The position numbers and the translations under genes were made by a program. DNA of 64,000 nucleotides from Octopus sinensis (Eukaryota), in NCBI RefSeq assembly GCF_006345805.1, contig NC_043005.1:56668001-56732000 (forward strand). The letters are read 5' to 3'. The notes beneath the pieces are model-generated. The model did no database searches, was not told the origin of the DNA, and worked only from the letters and a program-made list of their open reading frames with translations. Position 1 is the first letter of the stretch, and each line of letters opens with the position of its first letter. Shown here one piece after another: positions 38,661-54,607 of the stretch.

Positions 38661-39399
38661 ATATATAAAATGTAAATGAGCAACAGTAGAGGTACAGGTG
38701 TCAATCTGTTACGGCCGTTTCTAACGACACCTTTAATCGATTAATGAAAGCATTACAGCATTGTAAAGAAACCGTTTTCGTTAGATGAGTTCATGAACTT
38801 CAAAATACAGGATATTCGAAATAATTTGATGTAGTTTATAATCTACTTAGCAAAAACATTTACAGTGATTCTGCTACTATTTCAGTTGACATATATGTTT
38901 GAATATGTTGATCAACATCCCTACACTGGGTATTCCGTCATCTGAGACAAGTTGAGTATGCGTAGGAAAGTTCTAGACACAAAATTTAAAGTAGATAGAA
39001 GTATAAAGTTCAAAGCCCATCTTGTTCAGAAGGGTATGAACGCTTATCCATATTTCCGTCAAGGTGTACCTCCTTACATGTTATCCGAGGTATTTCCAAG
39101 CAGCGGGTTGAGTGATTCATTCAGGTTCATAGGATAAATCTAGCAGTTAATGTTCATGCGGATAGTGTAAGAAAAGTGATCAGCAGAAAGACAGTAACGT
39201 GCTTATACTGTCTCTTCATAAGCTCGTCTCCATCGTCTTGGCTTAATAGCCCTCACCGTTTGTTTTTACTGTTTTGTTCTCATTGTTCTGTCTTTTATTG
39301 TTTTTACTGTTTTGTTCTCACTGTCCTGATCTTGTTACCACTTGCACCCTCTGCAAAAAATCCCAAATTTTATTTAATTTGCTTTGCGGGAAGGACTGT

Positions 39400-39473
39400 T
39401 TCCACGAAGCCGCGTCTTGTCCTTGCCTTCGTAAGGTGGAGTAGTTGAAACAGGGACAACTGAAGAAGAGGAA
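39400..39473 (+). ncRNA. Candidate type II hammerhead ribozyme (degenerate)
   Basis: UUCCAC-GAAG-CCGCG-UC-UUGUCCUUG...CAGGGACAA-CUGAAGA-A-GAGGAA. Stem I is 9 bp; cleavage triplet GUC; GAAG instead of GAAA. Confidence 0.45.
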
Positions 39474-39733
39474 TATTCTTTATGTTGTATGTTTTGTTTT
39501 TTGTTTTTTTCGTTGTTCGAAAAAAGTTTGTTTCTATGTTTTTGTTTTTATGTTTTCGTTTCTCATTGTGTTCAACGTTTTTTTTTATGTCCCATATATG
39601 CATGTATATATACATATATATCTAGGTATGTCCATATATGTATGTATATATGCATATATTTATATATTATTTATATTATTATATGATCGAACGCCACGCA
39701 TCCTTTTCCAAGTAAATTTTATCTATCATTCTA

Positions 39734-39773
<40 letters not shown>

Positions 39774-40669
39774 CGTGTGTATGTATGTATGTATGTATGT
39801 ATGTATGTATGTATGCAGTTGTTGAAGTTGGGGGAGTTTGAATCATAGATGACAGGTACACTTTTTGAAGAAATTTTTCCTCATCTTTGATCCGATTGTA
39901 ACTGAGGTAACTGATAAAATATCTGGGTAAGTTTTGATGTTTAACCATCAATATTCTTTTCTCTGTTGGATTCTACATTAATTTTTCCCACACTAAGATC
40001 CAGTTTGATTATCTTCAAGTTTAAAAAAAAATGTCTTAATTGAAGCAAAGTGAGTAATGGCTAATTTTCATAATTTCTACTTTTAACTGTATTGTGCATA
40101 GACATATCTGAAAGACAGCCTCTCCAGCAGCTTGTGAAGAAGCTACAGAAATATTTTATGTTGAGTTCTTAGATTTAGTCGAGTTTCGTTAATTTCATAT
40201 CATGTGCTATTTTTCCACGATCATCTTTCATTTGACCAAGATATTTAAAATTTTTGTTACAGTTCTGATCTTTCCGATGTCTAAGAATGGATCTTTATGT
40301 GTATGAGTCTTTTTCAAATGTAATTATGGAGAATTAGAATGGCAAATATGCCTTATGATGTCTTAGTCATTTTACGCCGTCTGAATTTGTCTTTTATATG
40401 CTCAAAGAGGATAGTGATAATTTTTTCAAATAGTGTTCTGAATAGTTTCTGCCGCATTTAAAGAAAGTCCTTACTTAGCTGATACAGTTTTTGCAAGGTA
40501 GTGAACGTTTATAACAAATATACTTTCCTCAAAGTAAAAAATGCAGTAAATATTACTCATTGTGCCCCACCTACCCACTATTGGAAATTGGAAAAGCAGG
40601 CTTTTGGAATAGCTGTTTGAATTTCCCTATTTCTCCACCCACTCCCTCAGACACACACATGCACTCACG

Positions 40670-40710
<41 letters not shown>

Positions 40711-42122
40711 ATCGTGCCTTTGGAACAGCAAAAACCACTAAAATGAACTTTTGTGTTTTTCGTAATTTTATCGTATTCCACATTCTGAAACATTTTGTAA
40801 CTCGCATTAAAAGAAAAAAATCTTACACCTTCTTCAATCTTTCATTGTACTTTTGACAATGAAGGAAAAGCTTAACTCCGCAAGTGGATGTTTAAGAAAT
40901 AAAATTTGATTTCTCAAAAATATATCTATAAGCGACATTTTCAGTCATTTATTTGAACTTTTTCTGCTAACTCATTAAATTCAATTACATGAGATAGATG
41001 GGATTTGAGATTTAAATTTGGTAATATTCCAACATTTTCATTTTTGTTCATGAGGATCCCACGGAAATTGAAGTGCCCTAGGTCGCCATGGTTTAAATCC
41101 GGTCCTGTATATATACTTATAGTCGTTTTATGAAGTTTGTGTTACGTTGTATTGACTTGCAGTGAAAATTACCGTGATTTTAATCTATCTATCCATGCAT
41201 GCATACATACGTACATGTATGTATGTATTATGTATGTATGCATGCATGTATGTATGTGTAGCGTGACACAAGAAGACAGTGACATTTTGTACGAGATCTC
41301 GCCGGCGGCCATCGCCAGGTCCGAGACAAGAGCGAGATCTCGCCTACAACCATGTTTACCATGTAGGAGAGTGGATAGTGATAGTGTAGGTCGTCCACAA
41401 TTTCATAGAGATCACACAAATATATTAACCAAACATCCCAAATATTCACATACGCGTCAGATACGTTGAATGCACACAACAAAATTACGGAGAAAAATTA
41501 TTCCAAACCGAGGTACAAAATATTTACCGAAAGAATAAAATCTGGTACCGATTATAATTGTATTTTAATTGATTCAAATTAATGTACTTCATCTTGAAAA
41601 GTGGCAAAATTTTTGTCGGTTGCCATCTGGGATAATTTCTGTGTTTATCCATAACGTTATTGCTTTTACACCTGTTAATTAAATTTACCTGAATAAAAGT
41701 AAAATTTACTTAGCAAGACCATCTAAAATTACATAACTATAAACCACCCACTGACAAAATTTCAAATCTGGGAGTAAAAAATTTACAAAGTTACAAGTAA
41801 ATGTTGTGGACACCGCTCTTGAACCTGAATAATTCAAAATAACATGAACATATATATATATATATATGTTGATAAAAATGGTAAGACCATCATCGTTTAA
41901 CATCCGCTTTCGATGCTGGCATGGGTTGGACGGTTTGACTGAAGACTGGCAAGCCAGGGCCTGCTCAGGACTCCAATCTGATCTGGCAAGATATCCACAG
42001 CTGGTCCCCTTCCTAACGCCAACCACTCCAAGAGTGTATTGGATATTTTTACGTGCCACTGGCACGAGGACCGGTCAGGCAGCACTGGCATCGACTACAC
42101 TCGAATGGTGCCACGCTCGAAT

Positions 42123-45060
<2,938 letters not shown>

Positions 45061-46230
45061 CATCTTCATACTTGCTTCCTCCTTCTCTGACTCATTGTCA
45101 CACAGCTTCTCAATTATTTTTCCACTTTCCTTTTCCGTCTCACTTTTATCATATTTCTTTCTCGTTACCTCTTTCTCTTCCACCTCTTCCTTCTTCTTTT
45201 TCTGATTAGCCGGTGGCGGGCCCACCTCTGCTCTCCTCCTTCTTTTTCTTTCCACTAGCGTGAATTCTTCTTCCGCTGTTTTCTCATTATTCTCGACTGT
45301 CACTGCCTGTTCGACTTTTTGTTTAGTCTCTCTCTGTTCTTTTCGTGGGTATCTCGCCTTCATGTGCCCCTTTTCGCCACATTCGTAGCACACAGGCGGT
45401 CTTCCCTCCACCTTCATTCTTAGTGTAAAACCGTCAGGTAACACTATCTCCTCTGTTATTTTGTTCAGATCTTCCACTGTTGCCTGGATTGTTAGCTCCA
45501 ACCCGTAGCCCCAGTAGTCCAACTTGTTTGTTCTGTTGGACTTCAATATTCTGGCCTCGTCTTCCATGTTGTACATAATGGCCGTCATTAGCCATGCCTC
45601 CTCCAGCTCAGGGGGCACCTGGCCCACCCGAACTCTCGCCACACGTTTGCCGCAATAGGATGGCAGAAGAATCCATTCTTCTGAGCGGATTGCCTCCGTA
45701 GCATGCCTTATCGTTTCCTCTTCCGATGTGAAACGCACATCCACAGTTGCATATTTTCTGCCGCTTGTTCTAAAGGTTATCACCTTTTCCATGCTTTCCA
45801 ACACCTTCTCAATCTCCTCTACAGTTGCTATGTCGATTTTTCTTGTAGCGACCTTCATGGTCTTGTATGTCACTGTCTTCTTCATAACGCTGTTCATTAG
45901 TTCTTCGAGTGACGACAATTTTATCTTGTCGCCTTCTTTTTTCAGTAGCTTCTCGCTAGCTTTCATTTTCCTGGGCTCGACCTTTATTTCAAAGGTCTCT
46001 AATGCTTCTTTCTCTGCTTCTCTTCCAGTTGCGGCTGCATAGCTGTGGCCTCCCGCTGGCGCCTTCTCCATTTCCTCAATGGGAAAAATCAACTTCAACA
46101 AAAATTAACGATATAACACACGATAATCAACAGCAATATAACAACAGCAATAATCAACAATAAATTCACGTTCTACTCACAATTATAACTCAACTTCAAT
46201 TTTTTTTTACCAACACGAACTGCCAATCAC
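45061..46230 (-). mobile_element. 5' fragment of a third Tx1 element (5' UTR + ORF1), abutting the PLE
   Basis: The ORF is homologous to copy B ORF1 (KKTVTYKT, YATVDVRFT, RVGQVPPE, VEGRPPVCYECGEKGHMKARY). The last ~38 residues of ORF 44944-46101 are read through from PLE DNA. Confidence 0.85.
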
Positions 46231-46981
46231 TCACAGTTCTTTAATTTATGACAATGAGTCAGTCCACCATTAGTTACTTGGGGGATGGTTGGAATCCTTC
46301 CACTACATCTCCCCTTTTTAGAATAAGTCTCCCCTATCATCTCCTCTTTTCAGAATTGAACTCTGCTCCGAGTTTTAATATCTCTTACGTTTAGGGTTCA
46401 ATTCCAATGTTTGCGTTTTCTGGTGCTAGAACGTGTAGTTTCAAATTGCTTGGGTGTTGGTACCTTAAACGTGTCATACAATATTTCCATAGGAATTCCA
46501 TTTCTCGTGTTTGTTTTTCCGTCAATCTTTTCTTAAGCTGGTTAATATGTCTTTTGTATTCGACATTTTGGATCTTTTCTAAAAGATGGACAGAATTTTC
46601 TACTTAACTAAATAATTTGAAACTTCGTATAATTCTTTGAGCTAAATACCACTTATGAAACAAAAGGTACTTAGGGTAGTGTTGAGAGAATTCAGAATTA
46701 TCCTCATTAGAAATTCACTGCCTGTGTTACAAATGTCTTTGGAATCAACACATTCTTGCTTCACACATGTTGGCTAGTCAAAAGGTGAAGGAAATTATCA
46801 TTGCTAGTTATATAGATAGGTTCTGTAGTAGCCACTGTCACATAATGTGTAGGAAACTCAATTTTCTATCTTTGCATTTGTGTTGGAACTCTGTCCTGCT
46901 GTATTTGATGTTCAAATGCTGTTTCACTTTTGTTCATGCTGAATGTCACAAGGTTTCATAGAACTTCTCTCCCTACAAATT

Positions 46982-47012
<31 letters not shown>

Positions 47013-47295
47013 TTCAAAGGCATGTGCAATCTGATTGTTCACAAAACCAACTCGTTTAAACAGGTTATTTGATAAAACATACCAGTCGTCATCATCATCA
47101 TCATCATCATAACAAACCTCCTCATCCCCATCACCACTATCATCATCATCATAATTGTTTTAACAGTTGCTTTTCCATGCTTTCATGGGTTAGATAGAGT
47201 TCACCGTAGCAGATTTTCTATAGCTGGATGCCTTTCCTGCCATCAACCTTTGCCTGTTTCCAAGTAGGTTAGTATTTCTTCATAGTCAGACATAT

Positions 47296-47510
47296 TGGTT
47301 TCAAATTGTGGTACAGGTCAGCAGTTTTTGAAGGGAAGGGGAATTCGAATGCATCGTCCCTAGTACTTGACTGGTACTTGCTTTATTGACCCTGGAAGGA
47401 TGAAAGGCAAAGTTACCCTAGGCGCTATTTCAGCTCAGAATGTAAAAATGAACAAAATACCCGCAAGCATTTTGTTTGGTATGCTCTCAGTTCTACTAGC
47501 TCACCACCTT
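47296..47510 (-). mobile_element. Old, diverged tRNA-SINE with the same head and core but a different 3' tail
   Basis: Head AAGGTGGTGAGCTAGTAGAA, core TTTGCCTTTCATCCTTCCAGGGTCAAT, tail CCCCTTCCCTTCAAAAACTGCTGACCTGTACCACAATTTGAAACC. Confidence 0.7.
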
Positions 47511-47855
47511 CCCATGGTCAGACATATTTCCACAGAATACTGGAAATGAATGATATTTATTTTCAGTAATCATATATTGTCAAGACAAGGAGACATAAAC
47601 ATCCATACACTCACACACATACATAGTATAAATATAGTAGAAGACACTTGTCCAAGGTGTCAGCAGTGGGACGGAACTTCAAACTTTGTGGTTGGGAAGC
47701 AAACTTCTTAACCATAGAGCCATGCCTCTACCTGTATATTAATTAATAAAATAGAAACAAAGAATTGTAATATGGGATATTTTTTATTTGTTAATGTATT
47801 ATATTACTAGGTTGTTATATATTTAATGATTTCTATTTCTCTTTATTATTTCTAG

Positions 47856-49004
47856 AAACCAGTCTGTCAATTCATTGTTGTGGTCAGCATCTTCTTTCTA
47901 CTGGTTGCCTGGCACCAATATACTGCAAATAAACAATATACAGTAACAACCTCAAGCAAACATAATCAAAAGTTAATTGATGAAACACGTCAAAAACAGA
48001 AGAAAAATTTAAGTCTGATGGAACAGAAATTGCTTCAGTTAAACAACAAAACTAAATATGTTATTTTTCATTGTGTTGGTCGTAGTCTTTGTGGAGGTTG
48101 GGGAGATAGGCAGCATGGAATAATCTCTGTATATTTAATGGCACTGACCATGGGTCGGCGCTTTGGCATTATTATTTCAAGACCTTGCGATATTTCTAAA
48201 TATCTTCAACCAAACAAAGTTAACTGGAAGATTGACTCAAAAGAGTTGCATGGCTTAAAAAGTCGTTACCTTAATTTGGTTGATGGGAATAAGTACATTT
48301 CCTCTTTACAATCAGCAGACTTAGAAACACTTTACCCTGAAGATGTCCTCTATGTGAGTACAAACAGAATCTATTTTTATGCCTTGAAAAAGAATGCTCG
48401 ATACAAAGAACAATTACTTTGGGCATCACAAAAGTCATATGGAAATATATTTGCTAAAGTGATGAATTTATTGTTTCGCTTCAGTGATCTTCTTCAGGCA
48501 AAATTTGACAAATTCTTTGAAGTCAATATTCCCAAAACAAATATGCATCTGGTGTGTGCTCAGATTCGAATTGGAAAAAACCCCAGTGTGCCAGGAGATT
48601 CCCAAAGGAATTCAATGTCAGATGTTCAGAATGTGTGGAACTTCTTAAGTAAATACAATAACACCAGCAAGTACAAAATATTTGTGACCACAGACTCAAA
48701 GGAGGTGCAGGATATAGCTTCAAAAAAATTTTCTTCTCAATTCATGTATACCTCTGGGGAAATAATTCATGTGGATAGGCTCCGTAAAGGTGTGAAAGAT
48801 ACATGTGACGCTCTAAGGAAGATTCTTATGGACCAATATATTTTGACTAAATGTGATACATTGTTAGTGAGCAGAAGTGGTTTTGGTGAAAATGCTTTGC
48901 TAATGAGAGAAAAAGAAAATAACATTTTTCATTTTAAAAATGGAAAAGTAACACGTATCAACATAGAAAAATTTTTTCCTGGCTGGGAAAAAACTTGGTT
49001 GTGA
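47856..49004 (+). CDS. Terminal coding exon of a type II membrane fucosyltransferase-like glycosyltransferase (alpha-1,2/alpha-1,6/O-FucT GT-B superfamily)
   Basis: Polypyrimidine tract + TAG acceptor at 47855, then an open frame of 382 codons to TGA. N-terminal hydrophobic anchor FIVVVSIFFLLVAW; GGWGDR; motif I AQIRIG; motif II IFVTTDS; motif III DQYILTKCDTLLVSRSGFG; AATAAA near 49106. The start codon is probably in an upstream exon. Confidence 0.85.
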   Translation, partial: KPVCQFIVVVSIFFLLVAWHQYTANKQYTVTTSSKHNQKLIDETRQKQKKNLSLMEQKLLQLNNKTKYVIFHCVGRSLCGGWGDRQHGIISVYLMALTMGRRFGIIISRPCDISKYLQPNKVNWKIDSKELHGLKSRYLNLVDGNKYISSLQSADLETLYPEDVLYVSTNRIYFYALKKNARYKEQLLWASQKSYGNIFAKVMNLLFRFSDLLQAKFDKFFEVNIPKTNMHLVCAQIRIGKNPSVPGDSQRNSMSDVQNVWNFLSKYNNTSKYKIFVTTDSKEVQDIASKKFSSQFMYTSGEIIHVDRLRKGVKDTCDALRKILMDQYILTKCDTLLVSRSGFGENALLMREKENNIFHFKNGKVTRINIEKFFPGWEKTWL

Positions 49005-49249
49005 ACTAGGGGCTTTTGACACACAGAATCTAAAAATGACATCCATTTATTATCACTATGTCAAGATTTTAAGGTACTGGATCCATAGAATTTCATTGTT
49101 TTTTCAATAAAACAGCTTTTGAGGAGCAAGGCATAACATACAACCATATGTAGAAATTGGTTTTCCTTCAAAACCAGAATGTTTTCTTAAAATTTTCCAA
49201 TAGAACTAGTAAAAGTTTTAAAATTTTTACTGACAAATTATATCATTGC

Positions 49250-49990
49250 TTGTGCCTAATTTCCCATGAATGTCTATTTGGATGATTTTCTTGAGTGATG
49301 AACCTCAGGGAGATCATGAGCAAAGTTATAGTAATACTTCACCATCATTCATAAGTCGCATTTGCCTTGATACCTTTGTTTTTATGTCCTGCTGGAAATG
49401 TTCTCTCTGCTCATCACTTGCATCACCAAGATTTTCAAGGAATTTATTGTGGTAACCATGGAGATAGTGCTTTATGCTCATATTTGCTCCTAACTTTTGA
49501 AAGTTGTCCAGCATGTTGCTGACAATTTTGGCATAGCTGACTGCTTTCTTGTTGTCCAGAAAGCCATTTACAACTATTACAAATAAATTTCATGCTGCTG
49601 CTTCAAAGCAATTCATTGAATTTATCAAGTTCTCATTTTTAATCAATTTTCTGATGTGAGGCCCATCAAATATTCCAGCATTTATCTTATCACTGCTCAG
49701 CCTGGGAAATGTGCTGCAAACAAACTGCTCCATAATGCCAAGGTTGAGATGGAGTGGAGGTAGGATGTTTTTCTCCAGTTGAATTAAAAAGCTCTTCAAC
49801 CACATTAAAAGACCCTGGAACTAATATTTGCTATGGCCATTCTTTGATCATCCAATGTTTTTCCTTGGCTGTAAATTTCAGACTAAATTTCCACAGATAA
49901 ATAATGCATTTTTCTGAAAAATGAGGAAATTGCAAAATTTGTTGGGGTTGGGTGTCTTGAAATCTAGATATGATAGTAAAAAATGGATTC
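49250..49990 (-). pseudogene. Second Chapaev-like transposase remnant (duplicated at ~55125-55870)
   Basis: LPPLHLNLGIMEQFV, INAGIFDGPHIR, LGANMSIKHYLH, ENLGDASDEQREHFQQDI; homologous to 130-1600. Confidence 0.65.
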
Positions 49991-50966
49991 CATTTTTAGA
50001 TTCAACATTTCAAAAACCTTCAAACCAAGTTAAAATGTCCTGACAACAAAATACCTGTTGGATTGTGTAATTAGACTTGATAAGTGATTTCAAATGTTTG
50101 TCTTGCTCACCTTCATCACAAAGCATTAGTTGTCCCAGGGATTTAGTAGAAGATAACTGCTTTAACTGATTGAACCAAAAGCTATATGACTGAGAAGTGG
50201 ACTTCTTAACTACACAACCATACCTGCACTTGTTCAAGAGTATTTGGTTCCATGTTCTTTAGTCAAATGCTACAAATTCTGGCTTTGCTTCTTATTCCTG
50301 TTTTATTTAAATAAGTACCTGTAATATAATGAGGATAATTAAAATGACTGTTATTCCTGACCCTATAAAAATTAAACTTATATTAAGTCAGCAGATATAT
50401 CATTACAGGGTGATGAATCTGTAGGAAATGGCTGGGAGACCAAAAGTTTTAGCAGTTAACCATTCAAAGTCTTCAAACAACAGATTTCCCTTGCCTCAGT
50501 TCTGAATTAAAACATTTACACAGTATTTTTCTCAATTTCTTCTTAATCCATTTTATTATAAAGTCAGTCTTGTAAATGGAGACATCGAATCTCAAGAAAG
50601 CTGCTGTTTGTTTAATAGTTAAACCTGTTACAAATTTCTACTTATATTTTTTTATGTTTATCTCGGGGTTATGAATAAAAGTAAAATAAATTTTGTTTCC
50701 CAGTCTCTCTTTATGTTTATCCAAATTTAATTCTATCGTTCTTTATCTCTCAACTATTCCCTATCTTGCTCTCTCTCTCACTCTCTCTCTCTCTCACTCT
50801 CTCTCTCTCTCTCTCTCTCTCTTTATAACTGTTTCTCTGTTACCCACTCAAGGATCTCTTATCTCTTTTGATATTTTTCAGTTTTCTCTTTATCTTTCAT
50901 TCTCTCTCACTTTCTCTTTCTCTCAATGTATAAATGTATGAATGCATACACTGCATATATATTCAT

Positions 50967-50999
<33 letters not shown>

Positions 51000-53419
51000 G
51001 AAATTCTGGGTGAGTACTTGATAATTGTAAGCACCTGTATATACCGTTTGGTGGTGTAGGTGGTGGAGTAAATTAATCAAAATAAAAACATGATGCCAAG
51101 GATTCAGCGGTACATATGTTTCGGGCCTTTATTAGACGGATTTATAACAATGCATAATGTATGTCTGTGGCCTTCTTTAGCCGCGCACAACAACTTCCAC
51201 AAGGACATGTATTACATCAAAAATTCTTGGTTGGGGATGCAAATCCTCCCATTCGCGTACGACATAATGCGGCAACAGCATAAAAATGAAGCGTCCATCT
51301 CGTTCTTCTCTCAATGTAGAATGAGGAAATTTGGATGTTGAAGTAATGTAAATAAATTAATAAATAAATATATACATATATAAATATATAAATGTAGACA
51401 GACGTGAAGGAACCTGGTAATAAGAGTGAATAGAGATAAAGATGGAGGGGCGAGAATTCAGGACGAAGGATAAAAAATATATTAAAAAATACATAAAAAG
51501 TGTAAGTAAATAAAAAAAAATATAAAAATGTAGAGTGTAAAGATATAAAGAGATATAAAATATAAAAGAATATAAATGAATATAAAGGTATAAAGTTATA
51601 AAAATAAAAATAGAATAAAAATATAAAAAATGTAAAAGAATATAAGGATAAGGGATATATAGTAGTTACGGACCAAACATGGTGGTCAGGAAAATGACAA
51701 ATTCTGGTTGTAGAAGTCTGGGGTGTCGTAAATCAACAGGAGCGTCTGGGGACTTAGTGTATTGTAAATCAGAGATGTTGAGCAGCTTATCTGGTTCTTC
51801 GTATTAAGTGGTCATCTTGTACATACGTACCCGCATGGATGCATACACCCATATACACGCGCACATATACGCACGCATACCCAGCTACAAGCATATAAGC
51901 ATACATACGTACTCACGTGTAAACATATACAGATACACATATACACACACACACGCACACATGCGCACATATATATACACACAACAGAATATGCATATAT
52001 ATACACGGACAATAAACATGTACATATATATATACACACACGCACACATACGCATATACATATACATATACACATATGCATACATGTATACATATACATA
52101 TATACACATATACATATACACACATATACTCGCACCCATACCCGCACACGCACATATATATATGTGTGCATACATGCACACCCACGTGTGCATACATACA
52201 CGCATACACACATACACACGGACCCACGCGCATGTATCCACACGCACACACAGACACATCTGTGTGTCTATATGTGCGTGTGCGCATACCCTTACATACA
52301 TATACACAGATGCGCACACATACAGATATAGATATAAGATATTAAAAGATGTATAACAAATGTATATAAGAAATCTACAAACGCATGTAAAGAAACGGAC
52401 CCACGAACTCACGTCTACACGCACACGCACACACATCTGTGTGTCTATACGTGCGTGTACACATACACTTACGTACACACACACAGACACACGCACATAT
52501 AGGTATAGCTATAAGATATTAAAAGATGCATAAAAATATGTGTAAACATATGTATATAAGAAATCTACGAAAGCATGTAAAAAAAATTATTAAAGATGTA
52601 TAACGGGGGTGCGCATATCTAGACACAGATATTTACTCATACATACGTATACACATGTATACATATACATACGTACCCGGACACACGTATAATCATAAAG
52701 CGGATACATAGATAAGTAAATAAGGAAAAAGCTAAAAATAGACATATATAGAGATATAAAGTGATAAAATAGGGGTAAAAATAGGAGTAAGAATGAGGGT
52801 AAGAATAAGAATTAGAAATAAAAATAAGAAATAAAATATAAAAATTAGAAATAAAATATAAAAATCATAAAAACTATAAAAATTTAAATATAGGATAAAA
52901 TAAAAATAAGAATAAAGGTAAAGCAAAATAAAATAGGATAAAATAAAATATAAATATAATCGGGTAAAGCTTAACATGAGATGAGGGTAAAAATAAAAGG
53001 TGGTTGAAAGTGTAAAGTTAAAGGTGTGTGCTAAATGTGACCACGTAGGGGCGGGCGGGGGGAACTGAAAATTGGAAGGGTGGGAAGCGGGGTTTGGTGG
53101 TGTGCGCTCAACATCAGAGTTAGAAATGGGAAAAAGTATAGATATAGGGAAAGAAAAAATCTAGATAGGAAGAATGTAGGTGTAGGAGAAGAAATATAAT
53201 AGGGAAAAAAAATATATGGGAGACAAAATGTGTATATATAGGAAAAAGTAAGAAAATATATATATAGGAAAACGGGATGCGCTGGAGCCGACAGGTTGCA
53301 CTGGGTGGGAGGAACTTGCATGGGGGAGTTGGTATAATAGTCTAAGCTTTGTAGTATTTGAAAGTATTAATAAGCTTGTGTATACAGGATGGTTTGAAAT
53401 CTGACCTTTTGTTAATAAG
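51000..53419 (-). mobile_element. Long non-coding, PLE-3'-like repeat with A-rich and CA-rich tracts and a terminal hammerhead-like motif
   Basis: A hammerhead-like fold sits near its minus-strand 3' end, as in the two PLEs. No RT is visible before the gap. Confidence 0.5.
51107..51184 (-). ncRNA. Degenerate type I hammerhead (G5A) with an extended stem II; duplicate at 56955-57032
   Basis: GCGG-CUAAAGA-A-GGCC...GGCC-C-GAAA-CAUAUG-UA-CCGC, with palindromic CAUAUG. Confidence 0.65.
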
Positions 53420-53519
53420 NNNNNNNNNNNNNNNNNNNNNNNNNNNNNNNNNNNNNNNNNNNNNNNNNNNNNNNNNNNNNNNNNNNNNNNNNNNNNNNNN
53501 NNNNNNNNNNNNNNNNNNN
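53420..53519. other. Assembly gap (100 N)
   Basis: Run of N. Confidence 1.
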
Positions 53520-53736
53520 ATTGTGTTTCTCCTTGAATTTCAAGATATTCAGGAGTTCTACACAACATAGCTGGCATCCTGCTCTATTGTTTAAATAAGG
53601 TGCAGCTGATCCGATGATGGACCATCTGAGTTGAAATCTATGCTTTGTCTTTTAATTCCAAATTTTTTTTAGAAAGGGAGGTGCTGTTAGCTTTATCCTA
53701 TGTTTCAGCGATGACCGGTGGTTGTAGTATCTAGAT

Positions 53737-54531
53737 ACTTTCAAATACTACAAAGCTTAGACTATTATACCAACTCCCCCATGAGTTCCTCCCACCAGTG
53801 CAACCTGTCGGCTCCAGCGCATCCCGTTTTCTATCTATATATTTTTCCTACTTTTTTCCTATATATACACATTTGTCTCCCATATATTTGTTTTTCCCAA
53901 TAATTTTCTTCTCCTACCCTACATTCTTCCTATTATATTTTTTGGTTAGTTCCCCCGCCCCGCCCCTACGTGGTCACATTTAGCACACACCTTAACTTTA
54001 CACTTTCAACCCCCTTTATTTTTATGTCATACTCATCAGTTAGCTTTACTCGATTATATTTTTATTTTATTTTATCCATTTTAATTTGTTTCTTTAACTT
54101 TATTCTTATTTTTATTTTCATTCTATATTTTAATTTTTATAGTTTTTATGATTTTTATATTATTTCTAATTTTTAAGCTTTACTCGATTATATTTTTATT
54201 TTATTTATCCTATTTTATTTTGCTTTAACTTTATTCTTATTTTTTTTTTCATTCTATATTTAATTTTTATAGTTTTTATGATTTTTATATTTTATTTCTA
54301 ATTTGTTATATTTTAATTTTTATTTTTATTTCTAATTCTTATTTCTTACCCTCATTCTTACTCCTATTTTTACCCCTATTTTATCATTTTATATCTCTAT
54401 ATATGTGTATTTTTTAGCTTTTTCCTTATTTACTTATCTATGTATCCGCTTTATGATTAACGTGTGTCCGGGTACGTATGTATATGTATACATGTGTATA
54501 CGTATGTATGAGTAAATATCTGTGTCTAGAT
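53737..54531. repeat. Inverted, indel-rich copy of ~52616-53366
   Basis: TACTTTCAAATACTACAAAGCTTAGAC...AAATATCTGTGTCTAGATA is the reverse complement of the pre-gap sequence. Confidence 0.85.
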
Positions 54532-54607
54532 AGACAGACGTGGAGGGGATCAAAGGTGGGGAGGTAAGTGGGCAAGGAGAAAGATAAAAGATAGAAGCTA
54601 TCAATCA

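Noticed and set aside
39820-40450. Possible degenerate transposase on the minus strand
   Set aside because: No motif could be read with confidence.
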